In this document: one piece after another, positions 38,638 to 48,638 of the stretch
How the letters are laid out: every line of letters begins with the position of its first letter
Position numbering within the stretch: the stretch's first letter is position 1
DNA from: Promethearchaeota archaeon
GTDB taxonomy: Archaea > Asgardarchaeota > Hermodarchaeia > Hermodarchaeales > Hermodarchaeaceae
Reading direction: 5' to 3'
NCBI GenBank assembly: GCA_048939625.1
Contig: JBHLPH010000005.1
Coordinates: 32,001 to 96,000, forward strand
DNA length: 64,000 nucleotides
Made by a program: the position numbers and the translations under genes
The notes under the pieces: generated by a model
Databases searched by the model: none
What the model was told of the DNA's origin: nothing
What the model saw: only the letters and a program-made list of their open reading frames with translations

Positions 38638-39597
38638 CTAAAAGCCTTCTCGTCGATGAGGTTCTTGCCTTTGGGCTGCAGTGAGTTCAAGCATCCGGTT
38701 TATTGCGTTATGGGCTTTGTTTGCTATGGAGTTCGGAACGGTGATTTGAAATTGGTTGTTAAGAAGGCTAGCTTTGACCTTTTCGAGGGTGAGCTTTTTC
38801 ATTGCTTTACAAATTGCATAGTCGAGAGCGGGGATGAACGTTTTTTCAGGCATTTCTCGACGCAAACGAGAAACCAAATCAACTTCCGTGCAGATTATGA
38901 AATTGGTAGCAGAACTAGCTCGGGCATATTGTAACATTTGTCCAGTCGATCCGATGAAGTCCGCTTGTTCTTGGATATTCCGTCCACACTCTGGATGGAC
39001 CAGGATTTTAGCTTGTGGATAATCTTGCTTTAAGGCGAGGGTGCGTGGATCGAAGCTAAATGTCTCATGGACATGGCAAAATCCATGATCTGGAATCGGG
39101 ATTACATCATAGCCACATTCATGCCGGGCATACTCGGCCATATTCCCATCAGGACCAAATAGAACGGGAGTTGTGTCCAGGGCTTTGAGAATAGTACATA
39201 GGTTGGATGAGGTGCAAATCACATCGGATTCTGCTTTCGCTTCAGCGGTGGTATTAATATAAAGGACCACTGGGACACCAGGGTGTCGTTCTTTTGCCTC
39301 TCGAATTAATCTGGCAGGTAACTGAGCTGCCATCGGGCATCGCGCAGCAGGATCCGGAATCAGGACCCGCTTATTGGGATTTAGGATAGCAGCGGTTTCC
39401 GCCATGAACCGGACCCCGCAAAATAGAATAGTGTCCGCATTGATGTGTTGGGCGCGCTGGCAAAGACCAAAGCTGTCCCCGATGTAGTCAGCAATGTCTT
39501 GGATTTCTGGTGGCTGATAATTATGGGCTAAAATGACAGTGTGTTGATTTTTCGCCAACCGCTGGATTTCGCGCTGAAGCGGAGTTAATGAAGGCAT
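38638..39597 (-). CDS. nadA: Quinolinate synthase
   Basis: LAHNYQ, FCGVRFMAE, YINT, CTSSN, VHPEC, GSTGQM. Confidence 0.95.
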   Translation of the reverse strand: MPSLTPLQREIQRLAKNQHTVILAHNYQPPEIQDIADYIGDSFGLCQRAQHINADTILFCGVRFMAETAAILNPNKRVLIPDPAARCPMAAQLPARLIREAKERHPGVPVVLYINTTAEAKAESDVICTSSNLCTILKALDTTPVLFGPDGNMAEYARHECGYDVIPIPDHGFCHVHETFSFDPRTLALKQDYPQAKILVHPECGRNIQEQADFIGSTGQMLQYARASSATNFIICTEVDLVSRLRREMPEKTFIPALDYAICKAMKKLTLEKVKASLLNNQFQITVPNSIANKAHNAINRMLELTAAQRQEPHRREGF

Positions 39598-39751
39598 AGA
39601 GTGGTCGCCCCGTTTTCAGGATTCGGGATCGGAGACACTAGGTTTCCCGCTGCACGCTCTCCTATAAGCCTTTGTCTCCAGCTGTTGACGGAAGCTTTTT
39701 GTAGCAACACTTGAGAGAGGGTACATAATTCACATACGGAGGTAATTCTTT

Positions 39752-40324
39752 ATGTCAAAAAAGCCATCGACAGAATCCAAACGTGGCCTTAATCTTGACC
39801 GCCTTTTTGCGGGTGCCACTACGGGTACATTCATCATCCAGCTGTTAACACTACTTGTATTGATTGCAGCTGCAGTAGGCTACTTCTTAGTCCTCACTGG
39901 AATCTGGGACCTGTTAAAGGACAATCAAGATATTGTTGTCTTTCTCATTCTAATCGGTGGCGCAATCGCTTTTGCTGTGTTCATGTTATTTTATGGCTTC
40001 TTTCTCCGATTTCATGGACGCATGAAACGCTTCGTTCTCGGGAAAGGCATCGGAGAAGTCACTACCGGGAGTCGTGATTGGCAGGTCGTGCTGACACTAT
40101 TTGCCTTTTCTGTTGTGTTCTTCGCTCTAGCAGGAATTTACGCTATCTACCTTATCTGGAAGTATTTTCTTCCAATCCTTTACCTGGTGACAGGTTCGAT
40201 TTACCCAAACATCATCCTTCTCTGTCTTGCAGTGCTGGTTATTACCGGTTTAATTCAGCTCGCATCGCGGATGGTAAGCAGATATGCCCAGAATATCATT
40301 GAGCGAATAGCAGACGAAGAATAA
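39752..40324 (+). CDS. Uncharacterised 4-TM membrane protein
   Basis: GGAGG RBS, four hydrophobic helices, upstream of the ABC genes. Confidence 0.8.
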   Translation: MSKKPSTESKRGLNLDRLFAGATTGTFIIQLLTLLVLIAAAVGYFLVLTGIWDLLKDNQDIVVFLILIGGAIAFAVFMLFYGFFLRFHGRMKRFVLGKGIGEVTTGSRDWQVVLTLFAFSVVFFALAGIYAIYLIWKYFLPILYLVTGSIYPNIILLCLAVLVITGLIQLASRMVSRYAQNIIERIADEE

Positions 40325-40402
40325 GCTCAGCGAGGGAGTCAAAGCAGTTTTAAGGTGTCTTGGAATAGTGAGTACAGACATTGTGGAAGAAGATGAAGTA
40401 TC

Positions 40403-40975
40403 ATGGTATTGCGGATATTCTTCAAAGCTTGGCGCATTAGTATCAGAACCACACGCCGATTTATTGTATTCCTTGTGGCCTATGCAATTCTATTGACTTG
40501 GATAGCCTTTATCATCCGTCAATATTACTTATCCCTTGATCCCACGCTGCCGGTTATCATCGGATATACCTTAGTTGCAGGTGCTATTATGGGGATAATT
40601 TTCTCATGGTTACTGGCTCATGCACGCAAAGATGATATCGCCACATTGAAATGTGTGGGATGGTCGAACCACGATATTCGTGAACTCGTATTAGGAGAAG
40701 TAGTTTTCATTACCGTGGCAGCCATGATTGCTATTGCAATCCTCGGAGTACTAGCCACCGGGATTTATGGGTCCTTTGCCATCATGTTTAGCCTTGATCC
40801 ACTTGGAAATACTGTCATTTTTATCCCGGATACATTGCGCTATATTCTGATTAACCCATTCTTCATGTTAACTTCATTTGCCGCAGTGATGTTTGTTCAG
40901 CTTCCAGGAATCCTAATTCTATTATGGAGGTCTCTTCGAATTAGCCCCATGCAGGCGCTAACTCGACCCGAATAA
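40403..40975 (+). CDS. Minimal FtsX/MacB-type ABC permease
   Basis: RKDDIATLKCVGWS..DIRELVLGE and ISPMQAL motifs. Confidence 0.85.
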   Translation: MVLRIFFKAWRISIRTTRRFIVFLVAYAILLTWIAFIIRQYYLSLDPTLPVIIGYTLVAGAIMGIIFSWLLAHARKDDIATLKCVGWSNHDIRELVLGEVVFITVAAMIAIAILGVLATGIYGSFAIMFSLDPLGNTVIFIPDTLRYILINPFFMLTSFAAVMFVQLPGILILLWRSLRISPMQALTRPE

Positions 40976-40991
40976 CGGAGGATGAAATCAA

Positions 40992-41678
40992 ATGCCTGAA
41001 GAGATTATTGTAGCTCAAAAAGTTGAGAAGGAATATCGACGTGGCCGGGAAATCATCCACGCTTTACGTGATGTTAACCTCACTATCCGGTCAGGTGAAT
41101 TCATTGTTATCGAGGGGAAAAGCGGATGTGGAAAAACCACCCTTTTGAACGTCTTATCAGGTTTAGACCGACCAACCGATGGCCGCATCATCTTTGACCA
41201 AATGGATCTCACCGTCGTGGATGAGAGGATTCTCCCAAAGATTCGCCAAGAAAAAATTGGATTCATCTTCCAGCTCTTCAACCTCATCTCCACGATGACT
41301 GTCTACGAAAATGTGGCAGCACCTCTCTGGCCTACTAGTCTGAAAGGACAAGAAATTGAGGATAGAGCCATGGATGTGATCCGTGCTGTCGATATGGTTG
41401 AACGCAAAGATCACATTCCTCGCCAACTCTCTGGTGGCGAACAACAACGCACAGCCATCGCTCGAGCCTTAGTCAACAAGCCCAAAGTGGTCTTTGCCGA
41501 CGAACCTACTGGTGATCTTGACACAAAAACCGGTGCTTCGATTATGCAACTGCTTCGTAAACTCAACAACCAAGAAAAAATCACATTCGTTGTTGTAACC
41601 CATGACCAAGAACTCGTCAAATATGCGGATCGCCATTTCACGATGTCGGACGGGCGTATCAGCGGAAGTCGTGGCTAG
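40992..41678 (+). CDS. ABC ATP-binding protein (LolD/MacB type)
   Basis: GKSGCGKTT, IGFIFQ, LSGGEQQR, ADEPTG, VVTHD. Confidence 0.94.
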   Translation: MPEEIIVAQKVEKEYRRGREIIHALRDVNLTIRSGEFIVIEGKSGCGKTTLLNVLSGLDRPTDGRIIFDQMDLTVVDERILPKIRQEKIGFIFQLFNLISTMTVYENVAAPLWPTSLKGQEIEDRAMDVIRAVDMVERKDHIPRQLSGGEQQRTAIARALVNKPKVVFADEPTGDLDTKTGASIMQLLRKLNNQEKITFVVVTHDQELVKYADRHFTMSDGRISGSRG

Positions 41679-42788
41679 TTAGTTCTCTGCCTCATCGAGT
41701 TCCTTTCGTCGTTGAGCAATCAGTGAATAAAGTTCTTCAAAGGTATCAGGAGGTTCACGGTGCTCGTCCTTTTTCATAAGCTGTATTGCATCAGAGGGAC
41801 AATTAGCTACACACACACCACATCCAATGCAGCGATCTAAGTTGATATTCACTAGACCATCTACGAGTGTTGCAGCATCCATTTGACACCGCTCAACACA
41901 AGTTCCACAGCCGGTGCATAACTCGGAATCTGCTTTAGCATAGTAATTTGTTGTGAAATAGTCAACAGGACGAGGAGCAGCCTTGATACTTTCCAATCCG
42001 AGACAACAACATCCACAACAACTACAGACGAATTCAATCTCTTTGCTATTACTGGGTTGAAGAACTAATCCCTCATCTTCATTTTCTTTCAAGATGGCTA
42101 GTAATTCTTCTTTAGAAACCTCGCGTCCCCAACCAAATTCTAAATACGCATCCGTGAACTTACCCACTCCAATGCAAAGTTCTCGACGATCTGTTGCCTC
42201 ACAGGGCTCCCCGGCAATGTCTTTCAGTTGCCGACATACACAATTAGTAACGATAAAGGGGCCGTTTGATTGCTCGATGAGTTGGCGGATATTATCATAT
42301 TGCGCAATACTATCTTCGCGCTGAATACTTTGACCTATTGGAATTGTTCGCATCTGAGAAATCCCAGTACTTAGAATCTTTTGTAAAGTTGGTGAGTTGT
42401 AATATTTCTCCATGTCAGCTAGAAGCTCGGGTGTGAGTTTGTCCACCTGGTATTCAAAAATCCCAAGAATCCAAGGTACATTTCCGAAGTATTTTGTATC
42501 ACCATCTCTGTGATAGCTGATGATGCCCTTTTTCGCCATTTGTTCCAAGATTTGTGCTAATTCCTGTTTTGTGATCTCTATATCCGCTAGGCGAACATAA
42601 ATGTCATCAACTGTTTCCGAGGGATAGGGAGAGAAGCGAAGATTTGTAGCAATCTGTGCTTCTTTAGGAGTAAATAAGCGTTTTAATAAACGAATCTCGG
42701 TTCTGCCTTCTCGTTTAGGAAATCGGATTGGAAATGTGTCCATATGTTCCTGTAAGGCACGATACACATCATCTTTTTCATCAACCAT
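41679..42788 (-). CDS. 4Fe-4S dicluster-domain protein with N-terminal wHTH-like region
   Basis: CVCRQ, CSCCGCCC, two CxxCxxCxxxC motifs. Confidence 0.85.
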   Translation of the reverse strand: MVDEKDDVYRALQEHMDTFPIRFPKREGRTEIRLLKRLFTPKEAQIATNLRFSPYPSETVDDIYVRLADIEITKQELAQILEQMAKKGIISYHRDGDTKYFGNVPWILGIFEYQVDKLTPELLADMEKYYNSPTLQKILSTGISQMRTIPIGQSIQREDSIAQYDNIRQLIEQSNGPFIVTNCVCRQLKDIAGEPCEATDRRELCIGVGKFTDAYLEFGWGREVSKEELLAILKENEDEGLVLQPSNSKEIEFVCSCCGCCCLGLESIKAAPRPVDYFTTNYYAKADSELCTGCGTCVERCQMDAATLVDGLVNINLDRCIGCGVCVANCPSDAIQLMKKDEHREPPDTFEELYSLIAQRRKELDEAEN

Positions 42789-42890
42789 ACGAAAACCTCA
42801 CAACATTAGACAGCTACCTACTTAGTTGAGCTTAATCTATGTTTTCCTTTTCAACCCAGTGACCAACATCAACTCCTTTGTCTTAAACCC

Positions 42891-42936
42891 AAAAAAAGGA
42901 AGGTCGGAGGGACGGAGCCCCATCCCTCACCCAGAC
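42891..42936 (-). terminator. Hairpin plus T7 terminator of dodecin
   Basis: Minus strand GAGGGATGG/CCGTCCCTC then CTTCC-T7. Confidence 0.7.
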
Positions 42937-42939
42937 AAG

Positions 42940-43152
42940 CTATCCTTTCACGTCTTCAAGCATGAAAGCGATTTTGACGGTTGCACGGTATTCGACGATT
43001 TTTCCGTTCTTTATCACAGCGGTCATTCCAGTGACATCAGCACCAGTCAAACCACGGAGCGTTTTAGCAGCAGTATTCACAGCTTGATTAGCAGCGTCTT
43101 CCCAGCTTTTCGTCGAGTTACCAACTAGTTCAATGACTTTGATAACACCCAT
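42940..43152 (-). CDS. Dodecin family flavin-binding protein
   Basis: KVIELVGNSTKSWEDAA...A.KTLR...EYRATVKIAF; start at ATG 43152 after GAGG. Confidence 0.92.
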   Translation of the reverse strand: MGVIKVIELVGNSTKSWEDAANQAVNTAAKTLRGLTGADVTGMTAVIKNGKIVEYRATVKIAFMLEDVKG

Positions 43153-43382
43153 TGACAAAACCTCGCACCCTATTTGCAGTGAAGTTAGCTTAAGGCTTTC
43201 TATCTTTTCCCGGAAAACCTGCGACCTTATCATAAATCCAAATAAAGAACCTGAGAGTGAAAGGAGCACAAAAACGCGATTAATGCAGAGAGGGCAGAGC
43301 CATACAACCAAAGTCTTTTTAACCAAATCGTCCAAACGGCAACTCCCTTTACAATTGTAAAGACCCCACGACAGAATCAAAC

Positions 43383-44981
43383 ATGAGGTTTATCGTGATG
43401 GATGATAGTCGATTAAATGCACGATCCACCGACGGTACCGCTCTCCGGACACGCGACCCAAATCCGGTGAGTGGCATGTGCGGCATCTGCATCAGAGACT
43501 GCAAAGTCCTCTGTATGATTAGCAAATCCGCCTTCCGTGGCCACGAAGTGTTGTACCCAACAAATGAATATTTTGGGCAAAGCACAGCGTCCGCGAACAA
43601 GGACTTTGGACTTGACTGGTCAAACTTTCAGCTGCTCGCTGCCCTCCAAGGTGCCGAAGGAATCGAAGCCGATTCAGACATAGCACTCTTCCCCAACGCT
43701 GACGCCTCCACCTCCGTAGGTGGCATCCCCCTCAAGCTCCCGATGCTCATTGCTGGGCTCGGCTCTACCGCAGTGGCCAAGAACCACTGGGAAGGCATCT
43801 CCATGGGCTCTGCCATGGCAGGAACCATCCAAACGGTTGGTGAGAATGTAGTTGCCATGGATAGTAATAGTGTGATTACGAATGGTGAGATTCAGAAGGC
43901 ACCAGACCTGAAGTTCCGTGTTGATTCGTACCGGAAGTTTTGGGATGGAAAGCATGGTGACATCGTGATTCAGACAAATGTTGAAGACCAGCGGCTTGGG
44001 GTTGATGTTTATGCGATTTCCAAGCTGGATGTGAATGTGATTGAACGGAAGTGGGGTCAGGGCGCCAAATCGATTGGCGGTGAGGTCCGTCTGAAGACCC
44101 TTGACCGTGCAAAATTGCTGAAGAGTCGTGGGTATGTGGTCCTTCCTGACCCTGAAGATCCTGTTGTTCAAGAGGCGTTCAAAGCGGGGACCTTCAAAAC
44201 CTTTGAGCGTCATAGCCGTGTGGGTATGCCTGATTTGAGCTGCATTGAAGACCTGGAATGGCTCCGCGAACAAGGAGCTAAGAAAGTGTTCTTGAAGACT
44301 GGTGCGTATCGCCCGGAGGCGACCGCGTTTGCTCTGAAAGTTGCCAGCGAAGGCAAGGTGGACATGCTCACCCTTGATGGTGCGGGTGGCGGAACGGGTA
44401 TGAGCCCCATGGCGCATATGAACGAATTGAGTACACCGACTGTGTATCTTGCAGCACAAGTATTGAAAGGGTGCCAGATTTTGAAGAAGAAGGGAAAGCA
44501 TATCCCTGACATTTCAATTGCTGGTGGCTTTATTCACGAAGCGCAAATCGTGAAGGCGATTGCGATGAGCAACTTCGGTGATGGCCCTCTCTTCAAAGCT
44601 GTTGCTGTTGCTCGGTCACCTCTGACTGCAGCAATGAAAGCCGATTACTTTGTGGAACTGGCGAAGAAAGGTCAATTGCCGAAGAGCTTCGTCGAAGACT
44701 ATGGTGATGATCCCGAGCAGTTCTTCGTATCTTCTACGCACTTGATGCACGAATATGGTAATCGGTACAAAGAGATTCCAAAACCAGCGATTGGTGTTTA
44801 TACCTATTTCGAACGCATTCGAGTTGGTGTCCAGCAGCTGATTGCTGGGATGCGGAAGTTCAAACTGAACCTAATTGACCGTAACGATTTGATGGCATTA
44901 ACCCCACTAGCCTCTGAGGTCACCGGGATTCTAATGCCGCATCAAGTTGAGGCGGACGTCTTTGAACACATGCTTGGCTGA
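43383..44981 (+). CDS. FMN-binding glutamate synthase family protein
   Basis: KWGQGAKSIGGE, FERHSRVG, LKTGAYRP, DGAGGGTGMSP, AGGF. Confidence 0.88.
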   Translation: MRFIVMDDSRLNARSTDGTALRTRDPNPVSGMCGICIRDCKVLCMISKSAFRGHEVLYPTNEYFGQSTASANKDFGLDWSNFQLLAALQGAEGIEADSDIALFPNADASTSVGGIPLKLPMLIAGLGSTAVAKNHWEGISMGSAMAGTIQTVGENVVAMDSNSVITNGEIQKAPDLKFRVDSYRKFWDGKHGDIVIQTNVEDQRLGVDVYAISKLDVNVIERKWGQGAKSIGGEVRLKTLDRAKLLKSRGYVVLPDPEDPVVQEAFKAGTFKTFERHSRVGMPDLSCIEDLEWLREQGAKKVFLKTGAYRPEATAFALKVASEGKVDMLTLDGAGGGTGMSPMAHMNELSTPTVYLAAQVLKGCQILKKKGKHIPDISIAGGFIHEAQIVKAIAMSNFGDGPLFKAVAVARSPLTAAMKADYFVELAKKGQLPKSFVEDYGDDPEQFFVSSTHLMHEYGNRYKEIPKPAIGVYTYFERIRVGVQQLIAGMRKFKLNLIDRNDLMALTPLASEVTGILMPHQVEADVFEHMLG

Positions 44982-45012
44982 GAGTAGTTCTCAGCCCCCT
45001 CTCTCTTTTTTT
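44976..45012 (+). terminator. Hairpin plus pyrimidine/T tract
   Basis: GGCTGAGA/TCTCAGCC then CCCTCTCTC-T7. Confidence 0.7.
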
Positions 45013-45044
45013 CAAGGCTGATTATCAAGAAGACCTGGTTGGAG

Positions 45045-45734
45045 TCAATCCTCTGTAAGTAAGTCTTGGGAATCCAAGGACGCTTGGCAATGAGGACATG
45101 TGCCTTTCACTTTGAGATATTCAAGAAAATGAACACGATGCGCCTTTCCTCCACAGTGAGGGCATTGGAGCGTAGCATCGTTTGAACCAATGGCAGTTTT
45201 ACAGACGATGCAAAGATGTTGAGGACCTACACTTACAGTAGGGGCTTCATCGTGGGCATCGTCGATGAGTTCATGGGGATCTAAATCTTCATTGCAGTTG
45301 GGACAAACGCCTTTAACCTTGAGAAACTCTAGAAAGTGAATTCGATGGGCACGCCCATGGCAGTGGGGACAGCGGAGGGTTGAGTCTAAGGGGACGAGGG
45401 AGCTTTGGCAGACTATGCACACGGGTTGAGGTGCATTGCAATGTGGACAGATTGTTGCTTCTGCGAGAATGGTAGCCTCACACTCGGCACACATAGTTAA
45501 TTGGATGGGAGCATATTGGATGTGTGTCTGGGTTCGATGAGCTTCCCGTTTTCGTTGAGCTTGTCGTCTACTGGGAGATACAGTGTATTGCCGAGAGCGT
45601 CCGCGCCTACTTTCTTGGCTGATTTTATTGCAATCGCGGCTTATACCTATACAGATCCCGACGAAGATAATAATAATAATGAGCCAGAAGATGAATTCAA
45701 AAAGCATGAATTCGAATTGCACGACATTGTCCAC
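45045..45734 (-). CDS. Membrane-anchored zinc-ribbon plus tandem RING-like domain protein
   Basis: N-terminal TM; CAEC..CPHC; two copies of CIVC-x12-CPHC-x4-H-x2-H-FLExLKVKGxCPxC. Confidence 0.8.
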   Translation of the reverse strand: MDNVVQFEFMLFEFIFWLIIIIIFVGICIGISRDCNKISQESRRGRSRQYTVSPSRRQAQRKREAHRTQTHIQYAPIQLTMCAECEATILAEATICPHCNAPQPVCIVCQSSLVPLDSTLRCPHCHGRAHRIHFLEFLKVKGVCPNCNEDLDPHELIDDAHDEAPTVSVGPQHLCIVCKTAIGSNDATLQCPHCGGKAHRVHFLEYLKVKGTCPHCQASLDSQDLLTED

Positions 45735-45846
45735 CTGTTTCTGTGTACCATTAGAAAATTCGGCTTTATCAGTTTAGACTTTTTATAGTGTGTCCATTAG
45801 AACTGGCAGTTTTTTTATGTTATGGAGGCTTTCGAAGCATACTTGG

Positions 45847-47109
45847 CTAGGGATAGATGCCCCGGGCTTCGATAGCTTCAGCAATCCGCGTTAAGGCTAC
45901 AATATAGGCAGCAGTGCGCATATGCACTTTTTCCTTTTGATGGACGTTGTAAACTTCATTAAATGCTTGGACCATGCGTTGTTCGAGTTTGGCATTCACT
46001 TCATCCTCGGTCCATGATTCTCGGGTCAGGTTTTGGACCCATTCCATGTAGCTGACTGTGACTCCACCGGCATTCGCAAGTATATCAGGCACTACGAATA
46101 CACCATTCTTGTAAAGAATATTATCCGCTTCTGGAGTGGTCGGGCCGTTGGCTCCTTCTCCAATGATTTTAGCTTTTATCCGAGGAGCGTTTTCTGCCAA
46201 GATCTGGTTTTCGAGGGCGGCAGGAATGAGGATATCAACGTCGAGTTCAAGAAGCGCTTCGTTCGTGAGCTTCTTTGTGCCAGTGTATCCCACGACAGAG
46301 CCGGTCTTTTTCTTGTGTTCCATCACTTTTTCGGGATCTAATCCTTTCATATCAACGATACCACCGCGTGAATCACTGACAGCAACGATTTTAGCTCCGT
46401 ATTCGGCTATGAGAACGGCAGCATAATAGCCAACGTTTCCATACCCTTGAATTGCAACGGTAGCACCGTTAAGATCGAGATTGATGCGTTTTGCGGCTTC
46501 CCTGACAGTAATCACCGTACCTCGGCTTGTAGCTTCACGTCGACCAAGGCTTCCACCGATGGCAATCGGCTTTCCGGTAATGACCTCGGGTACAGCATAT
46601 CCTTGCGCTTCTGAGTAGGTATCATAAATCCAGGCCATTTCACGTTCGCCCGTATAAACATCTGGGGCAGGGACATCCCGGTAGGGACCGATAATATCCA
46701 TAATTTCGTGGGTAAACCGTCGAGTGAGACCTTCCAATTCATTAACACTCATTTCCTTCGGGTTACATACAATTCCGCCCTTTGCTCCTCCATAGGGAAC
46801 GCCAACAACAGCCGTTTTAATAGACATCCAGATGGCTAAAGCCTTTACTTCGTCCATGCATACATTTGGGTGATAGCGAATGCCACCTTTGAAAGGACCA
46901 AAAGCGTCCCAGTGCTGGACACGCATCCCTTCAAAGACTTTGATATGTCCATTATCCATTCGAACAGGTAGCGAAACGACAAGGGCACGTTTTGGGTGTT
47001 TAAGGAGCTCGAGGATATCGGGGTCGAGGTTCATTTTTTTAGCAACAATTTCAAGTTGTTGTTTAGCAATTTCATAGGGGTTGGGTTCACCACAACGTTT
47101 AGTTTCCAA
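45847..47109 (-). CDS. gdhA: Glutamate dehydrogenase (NAD(P)+)
   Basis: GPFKGGIRYHP, PYGGAKGG, DVPAPDV, QGYGNVG, EGANGPTT, ANAGGVTVSY; TTG start after GAGGT. Confidence 0.95.
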   Translation of the reverse strand: METKRCGEPNPYEIAKQQLEIVAKKMNLDPDILELLKHPKRALVVSLPVRMDNGHIKVFEGMRVQHWDAFGPFKGGIRYHPNVCMDEVKALAIWMSIKTAVVGVPYGGAKGGIVCNPKEMSVNELEGLTRRFTHEIMDIIGPYRDVPAPDVYTGEREMAWIYDTYSEAQGYAVPEVITGKPIAIGGSLGRREATSRGTVITVREAAKRINLDLNGATVAIQGYGNVGYYAAVLIAEYGAKIVAVSDSRGGIVDMKGLDPEKVMEHKKKTGSVVGYTGTKKLTNEALLELDVDILIPAALENQILAENAPRIKAKIIGEGANGPTTPEADNILYKNGVFVVPDILANAGGVTVSYMEWVQNLTRESWTEDEVNAKLEQRMVQAFNEVYNVHQKEKVHMRTAAYIVALTRIAEAIEARGIYP

Positions 47110-47187
47110 GGTGTGCCACCTCGGGTTGTTATGTGAAGCTGTCACTAAATAATAGGTTAAAAGTGCTTTCTTGTTCCGAGAGTCTAA

Positions 47188-47817
47188 TTAGTGGAATCGT
47201 GGTGAAGAAACAGACCTGAGCTCTGGGCGACGTTTTTGTCTGGGTCGCGATTCCTGCCGACGAAGCCGTAGCAGAGTTGCCAAAGTCAAGGCGATATCCT
47301 TAGGTGGAAATTTATAGAGATGGTAACGAATAATAAGAAACCTGCTTCGTGGATCGCTGGGATTACCAACATTATGGGCTAAATGAAGAAGCTCTTCATC
47401 CGACATACTTTGAAGTAATTTAGCTATTTCTGGGGAATAGCGGGAGGGTAGAGGAGTATTCTGGTTGCTTATCATGCTAAGTGTGGTCTGAGATGAATGC
47501 TCAAACATTCGATGCCCTAATTGTACTGTACCTGGAATAGATAATGGGTCGGGTGAAGGAGCGCTAGCGGTGCCACTAAGCATTGCAAATGCAACACGGA
47601 GCTCCTGTATCGTATAGCGTGCTATAATGGGTTTTGCTAGAATTTGTTGGATTCCGGGTTCTTTTGGATCTTTACTGAATCTTCGTAAGAGGCGAAGTTC
47701 TTCTGTTCCAAGACTTGATAATTTATCAGAAAGGATTCTAGCCCGAGATACCTTGACCCGTTTGGAAGTTACATACGGGGGACGATTCCTATTAAACATC
47801 AATAGATCTCTCCACAC
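47188..47817 (-). CDS. Uncharacterised helical protein with internal duplication
   Basis: Two similar approx. 50-aa helical units; paralog of the adjacent gene. Confidence 0.75.
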   Translation of the reverse strand: MWRDLLMFNRNRPPYVTSKRVKVSRARILSDKLSSLGTEELRLLRRFSKDPKEPGIQQILAKPIIARYTIQELRVAFAMLSGTASAPSPDPLSIPGTVQLGHRMFEHSSQTTLSMISNQNTPLPSRYSPEIAKLLQSMSDEELLHLAHNVGNPSDPRSRFLIIRYHLYKFPPKDIALTLATLLRLRRQESRPRQKRRPELRSVSSPRFH

Positions 47818-47894
47818 TCAGGCGAGGATATGGAAATGGTTGGATAAAGCTGTTCCCGTTGCGGTTCAGACAATAGCAAAAATGAATTTGCCAG

Positions 47895-48524
47895 TTATCC
47901 GGATTCATCTTCAAGTAATGTGCGTCTGAGTGCTGCGATGGTTGCTGAAACCGCTTCCCAAGGATACCGGTACAGTTGGTTCTTGATAATGATAAGGCGA
48001 GAGCGTAAATCATGAAGGTCATTATAATGGTTTAGTAGCCATTGGAAATCATTCATTGGAATACTTGTGAGGATATCGCTGATTTCTTGGGTGGCTTTCA
48101 CGGAAGGGAGTTGAGGAGCTTCATCGGTTGAAGCTAATAACCGTGGGGGGGGAAGGGAGTTCGTCTCTTGTTTGGGTTTCCATGGTTTGGCATTTTCAAA
48201 CCCTAGTGGTTTCTCGCAAAGGGGTAGCTTATGAACGCCATCAAGGGCGGCAAGAGCAAGGCGTAATTCATGGATGGAATACTCATCAAGAAGAGCCGAG
48301 GAGATGAGTTGTTTTGCTTCAGCATCATTGGGAGAGTCATAAATTCGCCGTAAGAGAACGAGATCGGATTCAGGGAGTACAGCGAGCTTGTTAGAGAGTT
48401 GTCGTGTTCGATTAACGGGTACCTCAATGATATCTTCAATGAATTTCGGTTCTTTTGAAGGACCCATCGAAACTCGCCACACTCTGGCGCCTTGAGGAAG
48501 CTGGATATATTTAGGTCTTCGCAT
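47895..48524 (-). CDS. Uncharacterised helical protein (paralog)
   Basis: Shared LSxKL, LLRR, YxIxELRxA, DxRSRxxIIxxxLYxxP; start reassigned to MRRPKY. Confidence 0.75.
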   Translation of the reverse strand: MRRPKYIQLPQGARVWRVSMGPSKEPKFIEDIIEVPVNRTRQLSNKLAVLPESDLVLLRRIYDSPNDAEAKQLISSALLDEYSIHELRLALAALDGVHKLPLCEKPLGFENAKPWKPKQETNSLPPPRLLASTDEAPQLPSVKATQEISDILTSIPMNDFQWLLNHYNDLHDLRSRLIIIKNQLYRYPWEAVSATIAALRRTLLEDESG

Positions 48525-48638
48525 TTTTGACGTGAAATCATTCGCTTCACTAGCGCCTGAATTATCTAGGTAGCTTCTTGAGGTTACACTACACACCAAT
48601 ATATGAAAGCAACTCGTTAGCAATGATGGGTGTACCTT

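Noticed and set aside
43674-44501. 275-aa antisense ORF
   Set aside because: Shadow of the codon-biased glutamate synthase family gene
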